Numbered from the stretch's first letter, positions 28,257 through 38,994 are shown. The stretch is 64,000 nt of DNA from PVC group bacterium (GCA_024231215.1 JAAEQR010000195.1:14755-78754), one strand, 5' to 3'. Numbers and translations: made by a program. Notes: a model not told the origin generated them from the sequence alone.

Positions 28257-29831
28257 GTGATTAAAATTAAACGAGCGTTGATTAGTGTTTCCGATAAAAC
28301 AGGTTTGGAAGCATTTGTTAAAGGGTTGCATGAATTTGGAGTGGAGATGCTTTCTACCGGAGGAACGGCAAAACTTATTAAAGACCAGGGGATTCCGGTT
28401 CGGCTGGTAAGTGATTTTACCGGCAGTCCGGAGATGTTAGATGGCAGGGTAAAAACTTTGCATCCTAAAATTCATGGAGGATTACTGGCGTTGCGCGAAG
28501 ATAAAGATCATATGGCTCAAGTGGATAAGTTTGATTTAGAATTGATAGATATGGTTGTTGTCAATCTCTACCCTTTCGAGAAAACGATTCAAAAGCCGAA
28601 TGTGGCTTTAGCCGAAGCGATTGAGAATATCGATATTGGCGGGCCTTCGATGTTGCGTTCAGCTGCAAAAAACTCGCAAAGCGTAGCTGTGATCTGCAGC
28701 CCGGAATATTATAATTCTGTTTTGGATGAGATGAAACAAAACAATGGTACTTTGAGCAAAGAGACCTCTTTTAAGCTTAGCGTAGATGTATTTGATAGAA
28801 CCAGTAAATATGATCAGATGATCGCTTCATACTTAAAAACGAAATGTGCTGCTGATCAAGATAAAGATGATTTGCCGGAGATATTACAATTGAATTTCGA
28901 GAAAATTCAGAAGCTTCGCTATGGAGAAAATCCGCATCAGAAGGCAGCTTTTTATCAGGATAAAAATTCCAGTGTTCCTGGAGTTGCAACTGCCAGGCAA
29001 TTGCATGGCAAGGAATTGTCATTTAATAATATTTTAGATCTGGATGCGGCTTTGAATATTGTGAAAGATTTTAAAGATCCTGCTGCAGTAATCATGAAAC
29101 ATAATAATCCGTGCGGGGCAGCAACTGCGGAGGATTTGAGTAAAGCTTATGAAGATGCATTAGCCTGCGATCCGATGTCTGCGTTTGGCAGTATTGTTGG
29201 ATTGAATCGGCCGGTAGATTCAGCTACCGCGGAAAAAATTGTTGGTGCTGATTTTGTCGAGTGTGTAATTGCTCCTGGATTTTCCAAAGAGGCTCTTGAG
29301 ACTTTAAAGCGCAAGAAAAACCTGCGTATTATGGAAGTTGACGATTTTACAAAAAAGGATGTTCAGAGTTTTTATGAATTTGATTTTAAACGTGTTAACT
29401 CAGGTCTTTTGGTTCAGGGTAGAGATATCGGAGTTATTGATAATCAGGATTTAAAGATCGCAACAAAGAAACAGCCGTCTAAACAGGAGTTAGATGCGCT
29501 GTTGTTCGCGTGGATAGTAGTCAAACACGTAAAGTCAAACGCGATTGTACTGGCTCAGGGGACAAAAACAGTAGGTGTTGGCGCCGGACAGATGAGTCGC
29601 GTGGACAGTGTAATTATTTCGATTAGAAAATCAAACGGACGTTGCCAGGGATCGGTATTAGCCAGTGACGCATTTTTTCCAAAAGCTGATGCTATAGAAG
29701 CAGCGGCAAAGGCAGGGGTTACTGCTGTGATTCAGCCCGGAGGGTCTATTCGAGACCAGGAAGTTATTGATGCGGCTGATAAGGCGGGTATTAGTATGGT
29801 TTTAACCGGAAAACGCCACTTTAGACACTAA
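28257..29831 (+). CDS. purH: AICAR transformylase/IMP cyclohydrolase
   Basis: ALISVSDKTG, GRVKTLHP, IDIGGP, LRYGENPHQ, SDAFFP, RHFRH. Confidence 0.98.
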   Translation: MIKIKRALISVSDKTGLEAFVKGLHEFGVEMLSTGGTAKLIKDQGIPVRLVSDFTGSPEMLDGRVKTLHPKIHGGLLALREDKDHMAQVDKFDLELIDMVVVNLYPFEKTIQKPNVALAEAIENIDIGGPSMLRSAAKNSQSVAVICSPEYYNSVLDEMKQNNGTLSKETSFKLSVDVFDRTSKYDQMIASYLKTKCAADQDKDDLPEILQLNFEKIQKLRYGENPHQKAAFYQDKNSSVPGVATARQLHGKELSFNNILDLDAALNIVKDFKDPAAVIMKHNNPCGAATAEDLSKAYEDALACDPMSAFGSIVGLNRPVDSATAEKIVGADFVECVIAPGFSKEALETLKRKKNLRIMEVDDFTKKDVQSFYEFDFKRVNSGLLVQGRDIGVIDNQDLKIATKKQPSKQELDALLFAWIVVKHVKSNAIVLAQGTKTVGVGAGQMSRVDSVIISIRKSNGRCQGSVLASDAFFPKADAIEAAAKAGVTAVIQPGGSIRDQEVIDAADKAGISMVLTGKRHFRH

Positions 29832-29869
29832 GACGTTGTTAAGATGAAGAGAAGAAAGGGAAAATACTA

Positions 29870-31207
29870 ATGTTATTTGTTGAAGCACAAGATTATCTTG
29901 ATTCATTTCTTGATTATGAAAAAGACCCTACACAGGTCTACAATGATCTTAAACTGGAACGGGTTAAGGAATTGCTTGATCGTTTAGGAAATCCGCAGGA
30001 AAAATTTAAATGCATCCAGATTGCTGGAACTAAAGGTAAAGGCTCTACATGTGCCATGCTTTTTTCCATATTAAAATCAGCTAAATACAAGGTCGGGTTA
30101 TATACTTCTCCGCATTTGATCAGTTTCCGGGAAAGGTTCAGGATTAGTTATTTAAATGAGATCAGCGAGGCAAAAGAACGCTTGATCAAAGAAGGGGAAG
30201 TTTGTAAATTACTTGAGGAAATAAAATCGCATACGGATGGGATCGAAGGATTAACTTTTTTCGAGATATGTACGGCGATGGCTTTAAAGTTTTTTGCTAA
30301 TACAGAAGCTGAATTTGTGATTTTAGAAACAGGGATTGGGGGAAGATTAGATGCAACGAGTGTGGTTGATCCGATTGCTTGCGGATTTACCAGTATAAGC
30401 TTAGATCATACTAATTTATTAGGAAACTCTTTAGAAAAAATTGCCCAAGAAAAAGCGGGAATTATAAAAAGTAATGCTTTAGTAGTTACTGCTCCGCAGC
30501 CGCCCCAGGCTTTGAAGGTAATCGCTGATGCTTGTAAAAAAAATCACACACGTCTTTATGAAGCGGGCAAGGATTTTATTTGTGATCCGATAGGACAGGA
30601 TTTAAACGGAAGCATTTTTGATCTCCGCGGAATATTTTATGTTTATGAAAGCTTGCATTTATCTCTTATTGGCCAGCATCAGTTGATTAACGCCTCGGTA
30701 GCTTTGGGAATTATACAGTTATTAAAACTGCATGACACGGTGGTTTCTATATTGGCGATTAAAGAAGGACTGGAGAACGTGCGTTGGCCGGGAAGAATGC
30801 AAATTGTGCATAAGCGCCCTTTTCTTATTTTAGACGGAGCGCAAAATGCAGAATCGGCAAATGCCTTGAGGTTGGCGATTAACATGCTGCTTATTCCAAA
30901 TAAGTCTGTTTTGATTTTGGGAGTTTCTAAGGGCAAAGATGTTGCCGGTATTTGCAGCAATTTATGCCGGCAAAGGAGTCTTGTGATTGTGACTCAGGCT
31001 AATAATCCTCGTTCGCTGGACGTGGATACATTAGAGGCGACAGTTACAAAATATCATAAAAATGTAAAAAAGACTGAAAATGTAAAACAGGCATTGGAGT
31101 TGGCGGCAGAAAATGTAGGGCAAGATGATTTAATCATTGTAACCGGCAGCTTGTATTTAATCGGAGAGGCGTTAAAGGCGTCGCGCACATTGAAATTTAA
31201 AAAATGA
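29870..31207 (+). CDS. folC: folylpolyglutamate/dihydrofolate synthase
   Basis: AGTKGKGST, YTSPHL, ETGIGGRLDAT, WPGR, TGSLYL. Confidence 0.95.
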   Translation: MLFVEAQDYLDSFLDYEKDPTQVYNDLKLERVKELLDRLGNPQEKFKCIQIAGTKGKGSTCAMLFSILKSAKYKVGLYTSPHLISFRERFRISYLNEISEAKERLIKEGEVCKLLEEIKSHTDGIEGLTFFEICTAMALKFFANTEAEFVILETGIGGRLDATSVVDPIACGFTSISLDHTNLLGNSLEKIAQEKAGIIKSNALVVTAPQPPQALKVIADACKKNHTRLYEAGKDFICDPIGQDLNGSIFDLRGIFYVYESLHLSLIGQHQLINASVALGIIQLLKLHDTVVSILAIKEGLENVRWPGRMQIVHKRPFLILDGAQNAESANALRLAINMLLIPNKSVLILGVSKGKDVAGICSNLCRQRSLVIVTQANNPRSLDVDTLEATVTKYHKNVKKTENVKQALELAAENVGQDDLIIVTGSLYLIGEALKASRTLKFKK

Positions 31208-32592
31208 AGATAAATACGGAAGATACGATAGCAGCTATTTCTACGCCGTTGGGAGACGGTGGGATCGGCATAGTCAGGATAAGCGGCAGGCAAGCGTTAA
31301 AGATTGCCGATAAAATATTTGTAAATAAGAAAAAAATTAAACCCTCACGATGTGCTCCGTTCACAATGCATTATGGGCATGTGGTTGATTTGAAAAAGAC
31401 AGTTATTGACGAGGTGATTCTAGCGGTGATGCGTGCACCTCATACATATACGCGGGAAAATATTGTAGAAATAAATTGCCATGGCGGGATTATTCCGTTA
31501 AGAAGAATTTTAGATCTTGTGCTTGGCTTGGAAGTGCGGCTTGCGCAGCCCGGGGAGTTTACACAAAGAGCGTTTTTAAACGGCCGGATTGATTTAGCTC
31601 AAGCAGAAGCAGTATTGAATATAGTTAACGCAAAGACCGATACCGCGTTGAATTCAGCTATGCATCAGCTTCAGGGGATGCTGTCACATCGGATAAATGC
31701 GCTGAGGGATTCTCTGATAGAGATTGTAGCGCCTTTAGAAGCGACAATTGATTTTCCGGAAGAGGAAATAAACAGTGCAGCAAGGAAGAAGTATGTAAAA
31801 GCATTGCAGGCGGTGGCAAAACAGATAAAGACGCTTATTGACAGTGCGGATAAAGGAATAATGCTCCAGAACGGAATTAGTGTTGTCTTGGCCGGAGCGC
31901 CAAATGTTGGCAAGTCTAGTATCATGAACGAATTTGTCGAATATGAACGGGTAATTGTAACCCATATTTCAGGAACCACACGCGATGTAGTTGAAGAAGT
32001 AGTTAATATTTACGGTGTCCCGGTTCGACTTGCTGATACAGCTGGGGTGATGAAGAGCGCATGTGTTATTACTCAAAAAAGTGTGGATCGGAGTCTGATT
32101 TTTTTAGATAAAGCAGATCTGGTTTTGTTTGTATTGGATGCGTCACGTAAAATTAATGAATCGGATTTACGGGTAGCAAAACAGCTTAAAAATAAAAATG
32201 TATTGATTGCTGTAAATAAGGTTGATTTAAAACAAAAAATTAATATTGCGGCAGTGAATAAATTATTACCAAAGGCTTCTGTGATTAAGATTTCAGCATT
32301 GAGGAAAAGCGGCATTGAAAAATTAAAACAGCAGATTGTAAAACTTTTTTTTCAGGGAAAAGTTGTAAAAAATGATGAGTTATTAATAAATAATCTAAGA
32401 CATAAACAGGTATTAGAAGAGTGCTATAAAAATATTATGAACGCGATTAATATAGGATTATCAAATACTTATGATGAATGCCTGGTTTTTGAAATAAAAC
32501 AGGTGCTTTCTCACTTAGGAGAGATTACCGGGGATAACTTAAGTGAAGATATCCTGGATGCGATTTTTTCACGGTTTTGTATAGGGAAATAA
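31204..32592 (+). CDS. mnmE: tRNA modification GTPase
   Basis: DTIAAISTP, EINCHGG, GAPNVGKSS, GTTRD, DTAG, C-terminal FCIGK. Confidence 0.97.
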   Translation: MKINTEDTIAAISTPLGDGGIGIVRISGRQALKIADKIFVNKKKIKPSRCAPFTMHYGHVVDLKKTVIDEVILAVMRAPHTYTRENIVEINCHGGIIPLRRILDLVLGLEVRLAQPGEFTQRAFLNGRIDLAQAEAVLNIVNAKTDTALNSAMHQLQGMLSHRINALRDSLIEIVAPLEATIDFPEEEINSAARKKYVKALQAVAKQIKTLIDSADKGIMLQNGISVVLAGAPNVGKSSIMNEFVEYERVIVTHISGTTRDVVEEVVNIYGVPVRLADTAGVMKSACVITQKSVDRSLIFLDKADLVLFVLDASRKINESDLRVAKQLKNKNVLIAVNKVDLKQKINIAAVNKLLPKASVIKISALRKSGIEKLKQQIVKLFFQGKVVKNDELLINNLRHKQVLEECYKNIMNAINIGLSNTYDECLVFEIKQVLSHLGEITGDNLSEDILDAIFSRFCIGK

Positions 32593-32602
32593 AGGTATAC
32601 GG

Positions 32603-33103
32603 ATGAAAAATATAGCCTTGGTTGGATTTATGGGAACCGGGAAGACAACAGTTGCCCGAGCTTTAGCTGAAAGACTACAGTTTAAGTATGTAGATCTCGA
32701 CGATTTGATTGAGGAACGTGAAGCTATGAAGATCGTGGATATTTTTAAGCAGAAAGGCGAGCCGTATTTTAGAAAAACAGAAAAAGACGTTGTCTGTGAA
32801 GTATCGGCGCAAGATAGGATGGTGATTGCCTGCGGCGGCGGTGTTGTTTTAGATGAAGAGAATATTATCAATTTGAAGAAATTGGGAGTTCTTGTTTGTC
32901 TTACCGCAACTCCTGCGGTGATTATGGAGAGAACGAAAAATTATCCGCACAGGCCTTTGCTTAATGTAGAAGATAAAGAAGCAAAAATTGCGGAATTATT
33001 GGAAAAAAGGCGTGTGTATTATGCAAAAGCGGATTGTGAAGTGGATACTTCCGAGCTTAGCGTAGAACAGGTCATAGAGAGTATTTTACAGAAAATAAAA
33101 TAG
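32603..33103 (+). CDS. aroK: shikimate kinase
   Basis: GFMGTGKTT, GEPYFR, GGG, RPLL. Confidence 0.93.
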   Translation: MKNIALVGFMGTGKTTVARALAERLQFKYVDLDDLIEEREAMKIVDIFKQKGEPYFRKTEKDVVCEVSAQDRMVIACGGGVVLDEENIINLKKLGVLVCLTATPAVIMERTKNYPHRPLLNVEDKEAKIAELLEKRRVYYAKADCEVDTSELSVEQVIESILQKIK

Positions 33104-33105
33104 TT

Positions 33106-33975
33106 ATGAAAGATAAAGAATATTTAATAGCTTTAAATATGGTCTCCGGATTAGGTAGTGTTAAAATCAAGGATTTGTTGGAATTATTTAAGGTTCCAAG
33201 TTGTATCTTTAAAGCCCGAATTAATGAACTGACACGGATTAAGGGGCTTAATAAAACTATTGCCGGACGGATATATCAGGTGTTGGACAGCCGTAGTTTT
33301 AAAGATGAAATTAATATGATTAAAGAGTTCGGGGTGGGAATCATTACTTTGCTTGATGATGATTATCCTGAGTCGTTAAAACATATTTATGATCCGCCGG
33401 CTGTATTATATGTAAAGGGAAATATCAAGAGTTTATATCCTTTGTCTGTGGCAATTGTCGGGTGTCGGAAGGCAAGTCCTTATGGTTTACAGCAGGCACA
33501 ACGTATGGCCCAAGAATTGGCGGAAAAAGGTGCGTGTGTGGTTTCCGGGTTAGCAAGGGGTATAGATACCCAAGCTCATAAAGGAGCATTGTCTGTTGGA
33601 GGTAAAACAGCGGCGGTTTTAGGTAGCGGATTTGTTAATGTTTATCCAAAGGAAAACACGAAATTATTTGAGCAAATAAGCCGGCAGGGAGTGGTTATAT
33701 CTGAATTTTCTTTGCAGACATTACCGCAAAAATGCAATTTTCCGAGGCGCAATAGGATTATTAGCGGGCTATCCAAAGCGGTAGTAGTTGTAGAAGCAGC
33801 ACAAAGGAGCGGGTCTCTTATTACGGCTAATCTGGCGCTTGATCAGGGCCGGGATGTATACGCTGTGCCCGGGATAGCTGGTTCAATTTATGCGCAAGGG
33901 ACTAATAAACTTATAAAAGAAGGGGCAAGGTTAGTAGAAAACGCAGAGGATGTATTAGAATCATTTTTAGTTTAA
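33106..33975 (+). CDS. dprA: DNA-processing protein DprA
   Basis: DPPAVLY, VSGLARGID, FPRRNRIISGL, SGSLITA. Confidence 0.95.
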   Translation: MKDKEYLIALNMVSGLGSVKIKDLLELFKVPSCIFKARINELTRIKGLNKTIAGRIYQVLDSRSFKDEINMIKEFGVGIITLLDDDYPESLKHIYDPPAVLYVKGNIKSLYPLSVAIVGCRKASPYGLQQAQRMAQELAEKGACVVSGLARGIDTQAHKGALSVGGKTAAVLGSGFVNVYPKENTKLFEQISRQGVVISEFSLQTLPQKCNFPRRNRIISGLSKAVVVVEAAQRSGSLITANLALDQGRDVYAVPGIAGSIYAQGTNKLIKEGARLVENAEDVLESFLV

Positions 33976-34000
33976 GGGGGCAATGAAGGGAGACTGTATC

Positions 34001-34279
34001 ATGGCATGTGAAATCAAAAATTATCTGGAATTTGTAGTAGATGAAGCTGTGGATAACTTTTTCAAGAGCACTAAGGATATCTGTAAATGCGAACAGTGTA
34101 AACTTGATATTACGGCGCTTGTGCTTAATCGAATGCCGGCACGTTATATTGTTACTGCTAAGGGGCGCATCATGACTAAATTAAAAGAGACAGAAATACA
34201 GTTTCAAGTGGATGTTTTAAGGGAAATTATAATTGCGGCTGAGATTGTCAGAAAAAACCCGAGGCATACTAATGGATGA
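34001..34279 (+). CDS. ComFB family protein
   Basis: KNYLE, CKCEQCKLDITALVLNRMPARY, C-terminal NPRH. Confidence 0.88.
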   Translation: MACEIKNYLEFVVDEAVDNFFKSTKDICKCEQCKLDITALVLNRMPARYIVTAKGRIMTKLKETEIQFQVDVLREIIIAAEIVRKNPRHTNG

Positions 34280-35156
34280 ACATTTAAATAAGCCGGAGAG
34301 ATGTTATTTTACGGTTCCGAATGAGTTGAGCAAGGAAGAGCTTAAGGCGTTTCATGGTATTTTGGAATCGTTGTATGAGAACCGTGGAGTGGATTTTCGG
34401 GAGTACCGGCATAGATGTATGCGGCGTAGAATATTAGTAAGAATGTATGACAAACGGGTAAAATCATTTGCCGAGTATCTGCGTGTTTTACAAGGAGATC
34501 AAGATGAATACGATAAATTATTAGAGACAATTACGATCAATGTTTCTGAATTTTTTCGTAATCCGGAAACCTTTAAGGCTGTACGCGAAAAGATAATCCC
34601 GCTGATTGCGGAGCGCAAGAAGAAAGTTCAAAGCCGGGTAGTGCGTGTTTGGAGTTGCGGTTGTGCGACGGGGGAAGAGCCTTATTCGCTTGCGATTATG
34701 TTTAAAGAAGTTTTGGAAAGAAAATACCCGGAACTTAGTGTGCTTATTCACGCAACAGATATTGACAGAGAAGCTCTCAATAAGGCGCGTCAGGGGAAAT
34801 ATGAAGAAAATGCTCTTAAGGAATTAAGTGCTCATCAAAAATCAGAGTATTTTATTGATAATAAAGATAACACTTATACTATAAAGCCAGAGATTCAATC
34901 GGTTATTAAATTTTCCCGGCAGAATATGATTAGTGATCCGCCGTTTAAAAATATGGATTTAATTTTTTGTCGTAATGTACTTATTTATTTTAATAAATCT
35001 TTGCAAAGAACAGTGTATAAAAATTTTCATAAATCACTTGTTACCGAAGGTTATGTTGTCGCGGGAAAAGTGGAAACAATGATCGGCATTGCCGAAGATA
35101 TATTTGACCGGATAGATCTCCAGGAAAGGATTTTTAAGAAGAAGATAACGGAATGA
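34272..35156 (+). CDS. cheR: CheR-type protein-glutamate methyltransferase
   Basis: INVSEFFRN, WSCGCATGEEPYSLA, ATDID, DLIFCRNVLIYF. Confidence 0.92.
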   Translation: MDEHLNKPERCYFTVPNELSKEELKAFHGILESLYENRGVDFREYRHRCMRRRILVRMYDKRVKSFAEYLRVLQGDQDEYDKLLETITINVSEFFRNPETFKAVREKIIPLIAERKKKVQSRVVRVWSCGCATGEEPYSLAIMFKEVLERKYPELSVLIHATDIDREALNKARQGKYEENALKELSAHQKSEYFIDNKDNTYTIKPEIQSVIKFSRQNMISDPPFKNMDLIFCRNVLIYFNKSLQRTVYKNFHKSLVTEGYVVAGKVETMIGIAEDIFDRIDLQERIFKKKITE

Positions 35157-36166
35157 AATATTTTAGAAACATTGGTTCTTTGAAAACAACTTTTTTTCTC
35201 CTGCTGGTTTTAGCTGCGGTTTCGATGCTTGGGACGCTTATTGTACAAGACAAACCGGCTGATTTTTATTCCCATGTATATGGAGAGTATTGGGGTAGAG
35301 TTATTTTTTTAACAGAATTAGATAATCTTTACAACGGAATTTTTTATCAGACTTTGCTTGTTTTGCTGGGAATAAATCTTGCGGCTTGTATGATCGGCAG
35401 TTTTCAATGGAAGATTTTTAAAAATCGGAAAAAATGCGCGCTATTCTTATTACATGCTAGTGTTTTTTTTATTTTTATTGGTGGAGCGATAAGTAAATTT
35501 AAGCGTCATTCCGCGCATTATAAATTGTTAGCGAATGATAAGATCAAATTAAATGAAACAGATCTTATTTTTAAGAGATTTAATATCAATTTTCACTCGG
35601 ATACGGATCAGCCGGCGGAATACCGGAGTGAAGTTGAGGTGCTTAAGGCCGGAAAACTTAAACAGGAAAAAATTATTCGGGTTAATCATCCCATTACAGT
35701 TGATGGGTATCAATGCTACCAGTCCGGATTTGAGTCATTAGCGGATGTTGATCTGTCTGTGAAGCACATGGGTAAACTGATTTGGCAGGGAAAGCTAAGG
35801 CAGGGGGAATCGGTACAGGGAGAGCATGGTTTTATTATTGAAATAGAAAAATTTGCGCCGGATGTTTTAATTACAGGCGAAGGGAAGATATTATCTAATT
35901 CGTATAAAATAAAAAATGCGGCATTATTAGTGCGTATATCTAAGAACGAGATATTCAACGATGCGTATTGGGTATTCTTAGATGAGCAGATGAATAAGGC
36001 CCAGGAGGATCAGATCCAGATGTTTGATTTTAAGATTAATCGTCTGGATGTATTTTACTCCACGATACTTCATGTGGTTAAAGATCCGGGGTTGCCGTTT
36101 GTCTGGGCTGGATTTTTTCTTTTACTATCAGGAATGACTATATTTTTATTGAGGAGGGAAATTTAA
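35153..36166 (+). CDS. cytochrome c biogenesis protein ResB/Ccs1
   Basis: SMLGTLIVQ, LLHAS, VNHPI, YQS, KDPG. Confidence 0.85.
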   Translation: MKYFRNIGSLKTTFFLLLVLAAVSMLGTLIVQDKPADFYSHVYGEYWGRVIFLTELDNLYNGIFYQTLLVLLGINLAACMIGSFQWKIFKNRKKCALFLLHASVFFIFIGGAISKFKRHSAHYKLLANDKIKLNETDLIFKRFNINFHSDTDQPAEYRSEVEVLKAGKLKQEKIIRVNHPITVDGYQCYQSGFESLADVDLSVKHMGKLIWQGKLRQGESVQGEHGFIIEIEKFAPDVLITGEGKILSNSYKIKNAALLVRISKNEIFNDAYWVFLDEQMNKAQEDQIQMFDFKINRLDVFYSTILHVVKDPGLPFVWAGFFLLLSGMTIFLLRREI

Positions 36167-36714
36167 TGTTGAGACTTAGTGGGGCATTACTTATCGTAGC
36201 TATGGTCTGCGCCTTGACTTTGGCGCTAATATATAAACAGACAGCTCCGGTTATTGAAAAACAGAAACAGATGCTGCTTGAGCGTTCTTTGAAAGCTGTA
36301 TTAGAAGCAGATAGTTATGAAAAACAAGAAGAAAAAGGGTTGGAGTATTATGAAGCTTATAGCCGGGATGGCAGCCAGTTAGGCTGGTGCTTACCGCTAA
36401 CCAGTAAAGGCTATGGAGGAAATATGCAGTTATTGGTTGGTGTGGATAATACAGGCGATATAACCGGAGTAAGTGTTTTAGAGCATAAGGAAACTCCGGG
36501 ATTAGGTTCTAAAATAGTTGAAAAATCCAGGAAGGAAACTGAAGCTCCATTTTTAAAACAATTTAAGTCGAAAAATGCAGAAAATCTGATGTTGGTTAAG
36601 GGCAAGAGTAGTACCAATATTCAAGCTATAACCGGAGCGACAATATCTTCAAAAGCGGTTACAGATGGGGTGAGGGAAGGTGTTAAAGAATTCTTAAAGG
36701 CTAAAAGGAAATAA
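36166..36714 (+). CDS. rnfG: RnfG-type FMN-binding subunit
   Basis: GYGG, ETPGLG, ITGATISS flavinylation motif. Confidence 0.85.
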   Translation: MLRLSGALLIVAMVCALTLALIYKQTAPVIEKQKQMLLERSLKAVLEADSYEKQEEKGLEYYEAYSRDGSQLGWCLPLTSKGYGGNMQLLVGVDNTGDITGVSVLEHKETPGLGSKIVEKSRKETEAPFLKQFKSKNAENLMLVKGKSSTNIQAITGATISSKAVTDGVREGVKEFLKAKRK

Positions 36715-36725
36715 CGTTGGGGTAA

Positions 36726-37349
36726 ATGCGCAAAAAAGATTATTACGATATCTTAGGAGTAAAAGATAGCGCTTCTAGTCAGCAGATAAAATCAGCTTAT
36801 CGGAAACTGGCTATGAAATATCACCCGGACAGGGTTCCGGAGCCAGAGAAGAAGAATGCAGAAGAAAAATTCAAAGAAATAGCTGAGGCGTATTATGTTT
36901 TAAATGATTTTAATAGACGCCGAGAATACAGCTTATATCGAGAAAAAACAAAAAAGACTGTTTATAGACAAGAAGATGTAGAAGAATTTTTCCGTAATGC
37001 AGGATTTAATATGGATGATATTATGCAGTATGCCAATGCGCAACCCGAATATTCACAAGGGAGTAATTGGTCGAAAAATATTTCATTAATTGTTGCAGGG
37101 GTGTGCTGTGTAGGTCTTTATATTATTGGTCAAAAGTGTATGATGGGCTTGCCTGTATTTTTGCCGTTAATATTAGGCATGGGTTGTATCTGGTTTAGCG
37201 ATGCAATGAGTGGTTGGGACGGAGTATTTTCTCAGTCGGGAACAGTTCCCGGATGTGTGTTTTCTTTTTTTGGCTGGATTTTATTACTTGTTCAGATGTT
37301 GGTGTTGATTATGATGGCGGATCAGTTAAAGCTCTGGCCATATGTGTAA
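36726..37349 (+). CDS. J-domain protein with C-terminal TM helices
   Basis: [19 protein letters not shown]; hydrophobic C-terminus. Confidence 0.85.
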   Translation: MRKKDYYDILGVKDSASSQQIKSAYRKLAMKYHPDRVPEPEKKNAEEKFKEIAEAYYVLNDFNRRREYSLYREKTKKTVYRQEDVEEFFRNAGFNMDDIMQYANAQPEYSQGSNWSKNISLIVAGVCCVGLYIIGQKCMMGLPVFLPLILGMGCIWFSDAMSGWDGVFSQSGTVPGCVFSFFGWILLLVQMLVLIMMADQLKLWPYV

Positions 37350-37366
37350 AGGGATCAATTTTTAAA

Positions 37367-38011
37367 ATGAATCTTTATCCTGCATATCTTAAACTTCAAA
37401 ATAAACAATGTCTTGTTGTCGGAGGAGGAACAGTAGCTTTACGCAAAGTAAAATCTTTGTTAGATTGCGGAGCTAAAGTTACTGTGGTTTGCCCTAATCT
37501 ATGCAGCAGTCTCGCATTAATGCGACAAAAGAAAGAATTTTTATATAAAAGATCCAGGTATGAAAAAGAATTTTTAAATAAGATGTTTTTAGTAATTGCC
37601 GCGACTGATAATCATCAAATTAATTCCTGCATTGCCGAAGATGCTTGTAAAAAAAATATTTTGGTGAATGTAGTAGATGTACCGAATTTGTGTGACTTTT
37701 ATGTGCCTTCAGTTATAAAGAAAGGGTCTCTATGCGTGGCTATTTCTACTCAAGGAGAATTTCCCGGCTTAGCCAAGGAAATGAGAAAAGAGATTACTTT
37801 ATTGCTGCAAAAAAAGGCGCGGAATTTTAAGGTTTTAGCTAAGATTAGAGGGCAGATCAAGCGGGAGTTTAAAAATATAAAAATACGCAGAATGCTGATA
37901 AAAGAGTTATTAGCTCCCAAAGCGTCAGATTTAATAGAGAATAAAAAAATTAATAATCTGGATGATTTAAAAAGTTATGTGAATAAGTCAAAACTCAAAA
38001 ATACAAGTTAA
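37367..38011 (+). CDS. precorrin-2 dehydrogenase/ferrochelatase (SirC/CysG N-terminal type)
   Basis: VVGGGTVALRK, IAATD, VNVVD, AIST. Confidence 0.9.
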   Translation: MNLYPAYLKLQNKQCLVVGGGTVALRKVKSLLDCGAKVTVVCPNLCSSLALMRQKKEFLYKRSRYEKEFLNKMFLVIAATDNHQINSCIAEDACKKNILVNVVDVPNLCDFYVPSVIKKGSLCVAISTQGEFPGLAKEMRKEITLLLQKKARNFKVLAKIRGQIKREFKNIKIRRMLIKELLAPKASDLIENKKINNLDDLKSYVNKSKLKNTS

Positions 38012-38161
38012 AATTCAAAAGCTATAAATAACTTTAATTTGGGTATTAAAAGTTGTGAAATGCGATATTTTTTAAAAATTTTAATTTTTGAATTGAACTT
38101 TTAACTTTACGCTTCGCAGAATCATTTTAGGCTTGTTGATTTGCCCTTTGAATTTTGAGTT
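37987..38161. repeat. imperfect palindrome built from degenerate 7-mers
   Basis: Left arm TCAAAAC/TTAAAAT/TCAAAAG, right arm TTTTAAT/TTTTGAA/TTTTAAC/TTTTGAG. Confidence 0.55.
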
Positions 38162-38177
38162 ATTATTGGAGGTATTT

Positions 38178-38993
38178 ATGTATGAGATTTTATTTTTTGG
38201 CGTTTTGATTGCTTATTTGATAAGTGCGGCTTGTTTTAGTATATCTTTGATAAGTACACGTACTTTTATAAATAAATTAGCTGTATTTTTTACAATATTT
38301 GGATTTATTACGCATACTGCGACTTTAATTTTAAGAACAATAGCAGCTAAATTTCCGCCGATGTCGAATCTATACGAATCAATGTCTTTATTTGCTTGGA
38401 CGATAGTGCTGGTTTTTCTGATTGTTTATTATAAATATAAAATTAATATCTTTGGTGTATTAGTTATGTTGATTTCATCGCTGGTTATTTTATATGCTTC
38501 AACTTTAGATAGTGCAATTCGTCCGCTTTTGCCGGCTTTGCAAAGTTACTGGCTTGCTGTTCATGTAATAACTTGTTTTTTGAGTTATGCTTGTTTTGCC
38601 TGTGCTTTTAGTTTGGGAATAATGTATCTCATTCAGGAGCGGCAGGTGAAAACTAAACAATTGGGTTGGTTTTTTAGTCGTATGCCGTCTTTAGCGATCA
38701 TGGATAAAATAAATCATAATATCATCCTGGTTGGTTTTGTTCTGCTTACCGCAGGGATTATTACCGGTTCTGTCTGGGCTCAGACGGCGTGGGGGAATTG
38801 GTGGAGCTGGGATCCAAAAGAGACATGGGCTTTGATAACATGGCTTATTTACGCGGCATATTTACATGCGCGGTTGAATGCCGGGTGGAGAGGAAAGCGA
38901 GCGGCGATACTTTCTATTATTGGTTTTGTTTCTGTTTTGTTTACTTATTTAGGAGTCGGTCTTTTAATGTCCGGATTACATTCATACTTATAA
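38178..38993 (+). CDS. system II cytochrome c synthase CcsA/ResC
   Basis: PALQSYWLAVH, WWD domain WGNWWSWDPKETWALITW, GLHSY. Confidence 0.95.
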   Translation: MYEILFFGVLIAYLISAACFSISLISTRTFINKLAVFFTIFGFITHTATLILRTIAAKFPPMSNLYESMSLFAWTIVLVFLIVYYKYKINIFGVLVMLISSLVILYASTLDSAIRPLLPALQSYWLAVHVITCFLSYACFACAFSLGIMYLIQERQVKTKQLGWFFSRMPSLAIMDKINHNIILVGFVLLTAGIITGSVWAQTAWGNWWSWDPKETWALITWLIYAAYLHARLNAGWRGKRAAILSIIGFVSVLFTYLGVGLLMSGLHSYL

Positions 38994-38994
38994 A

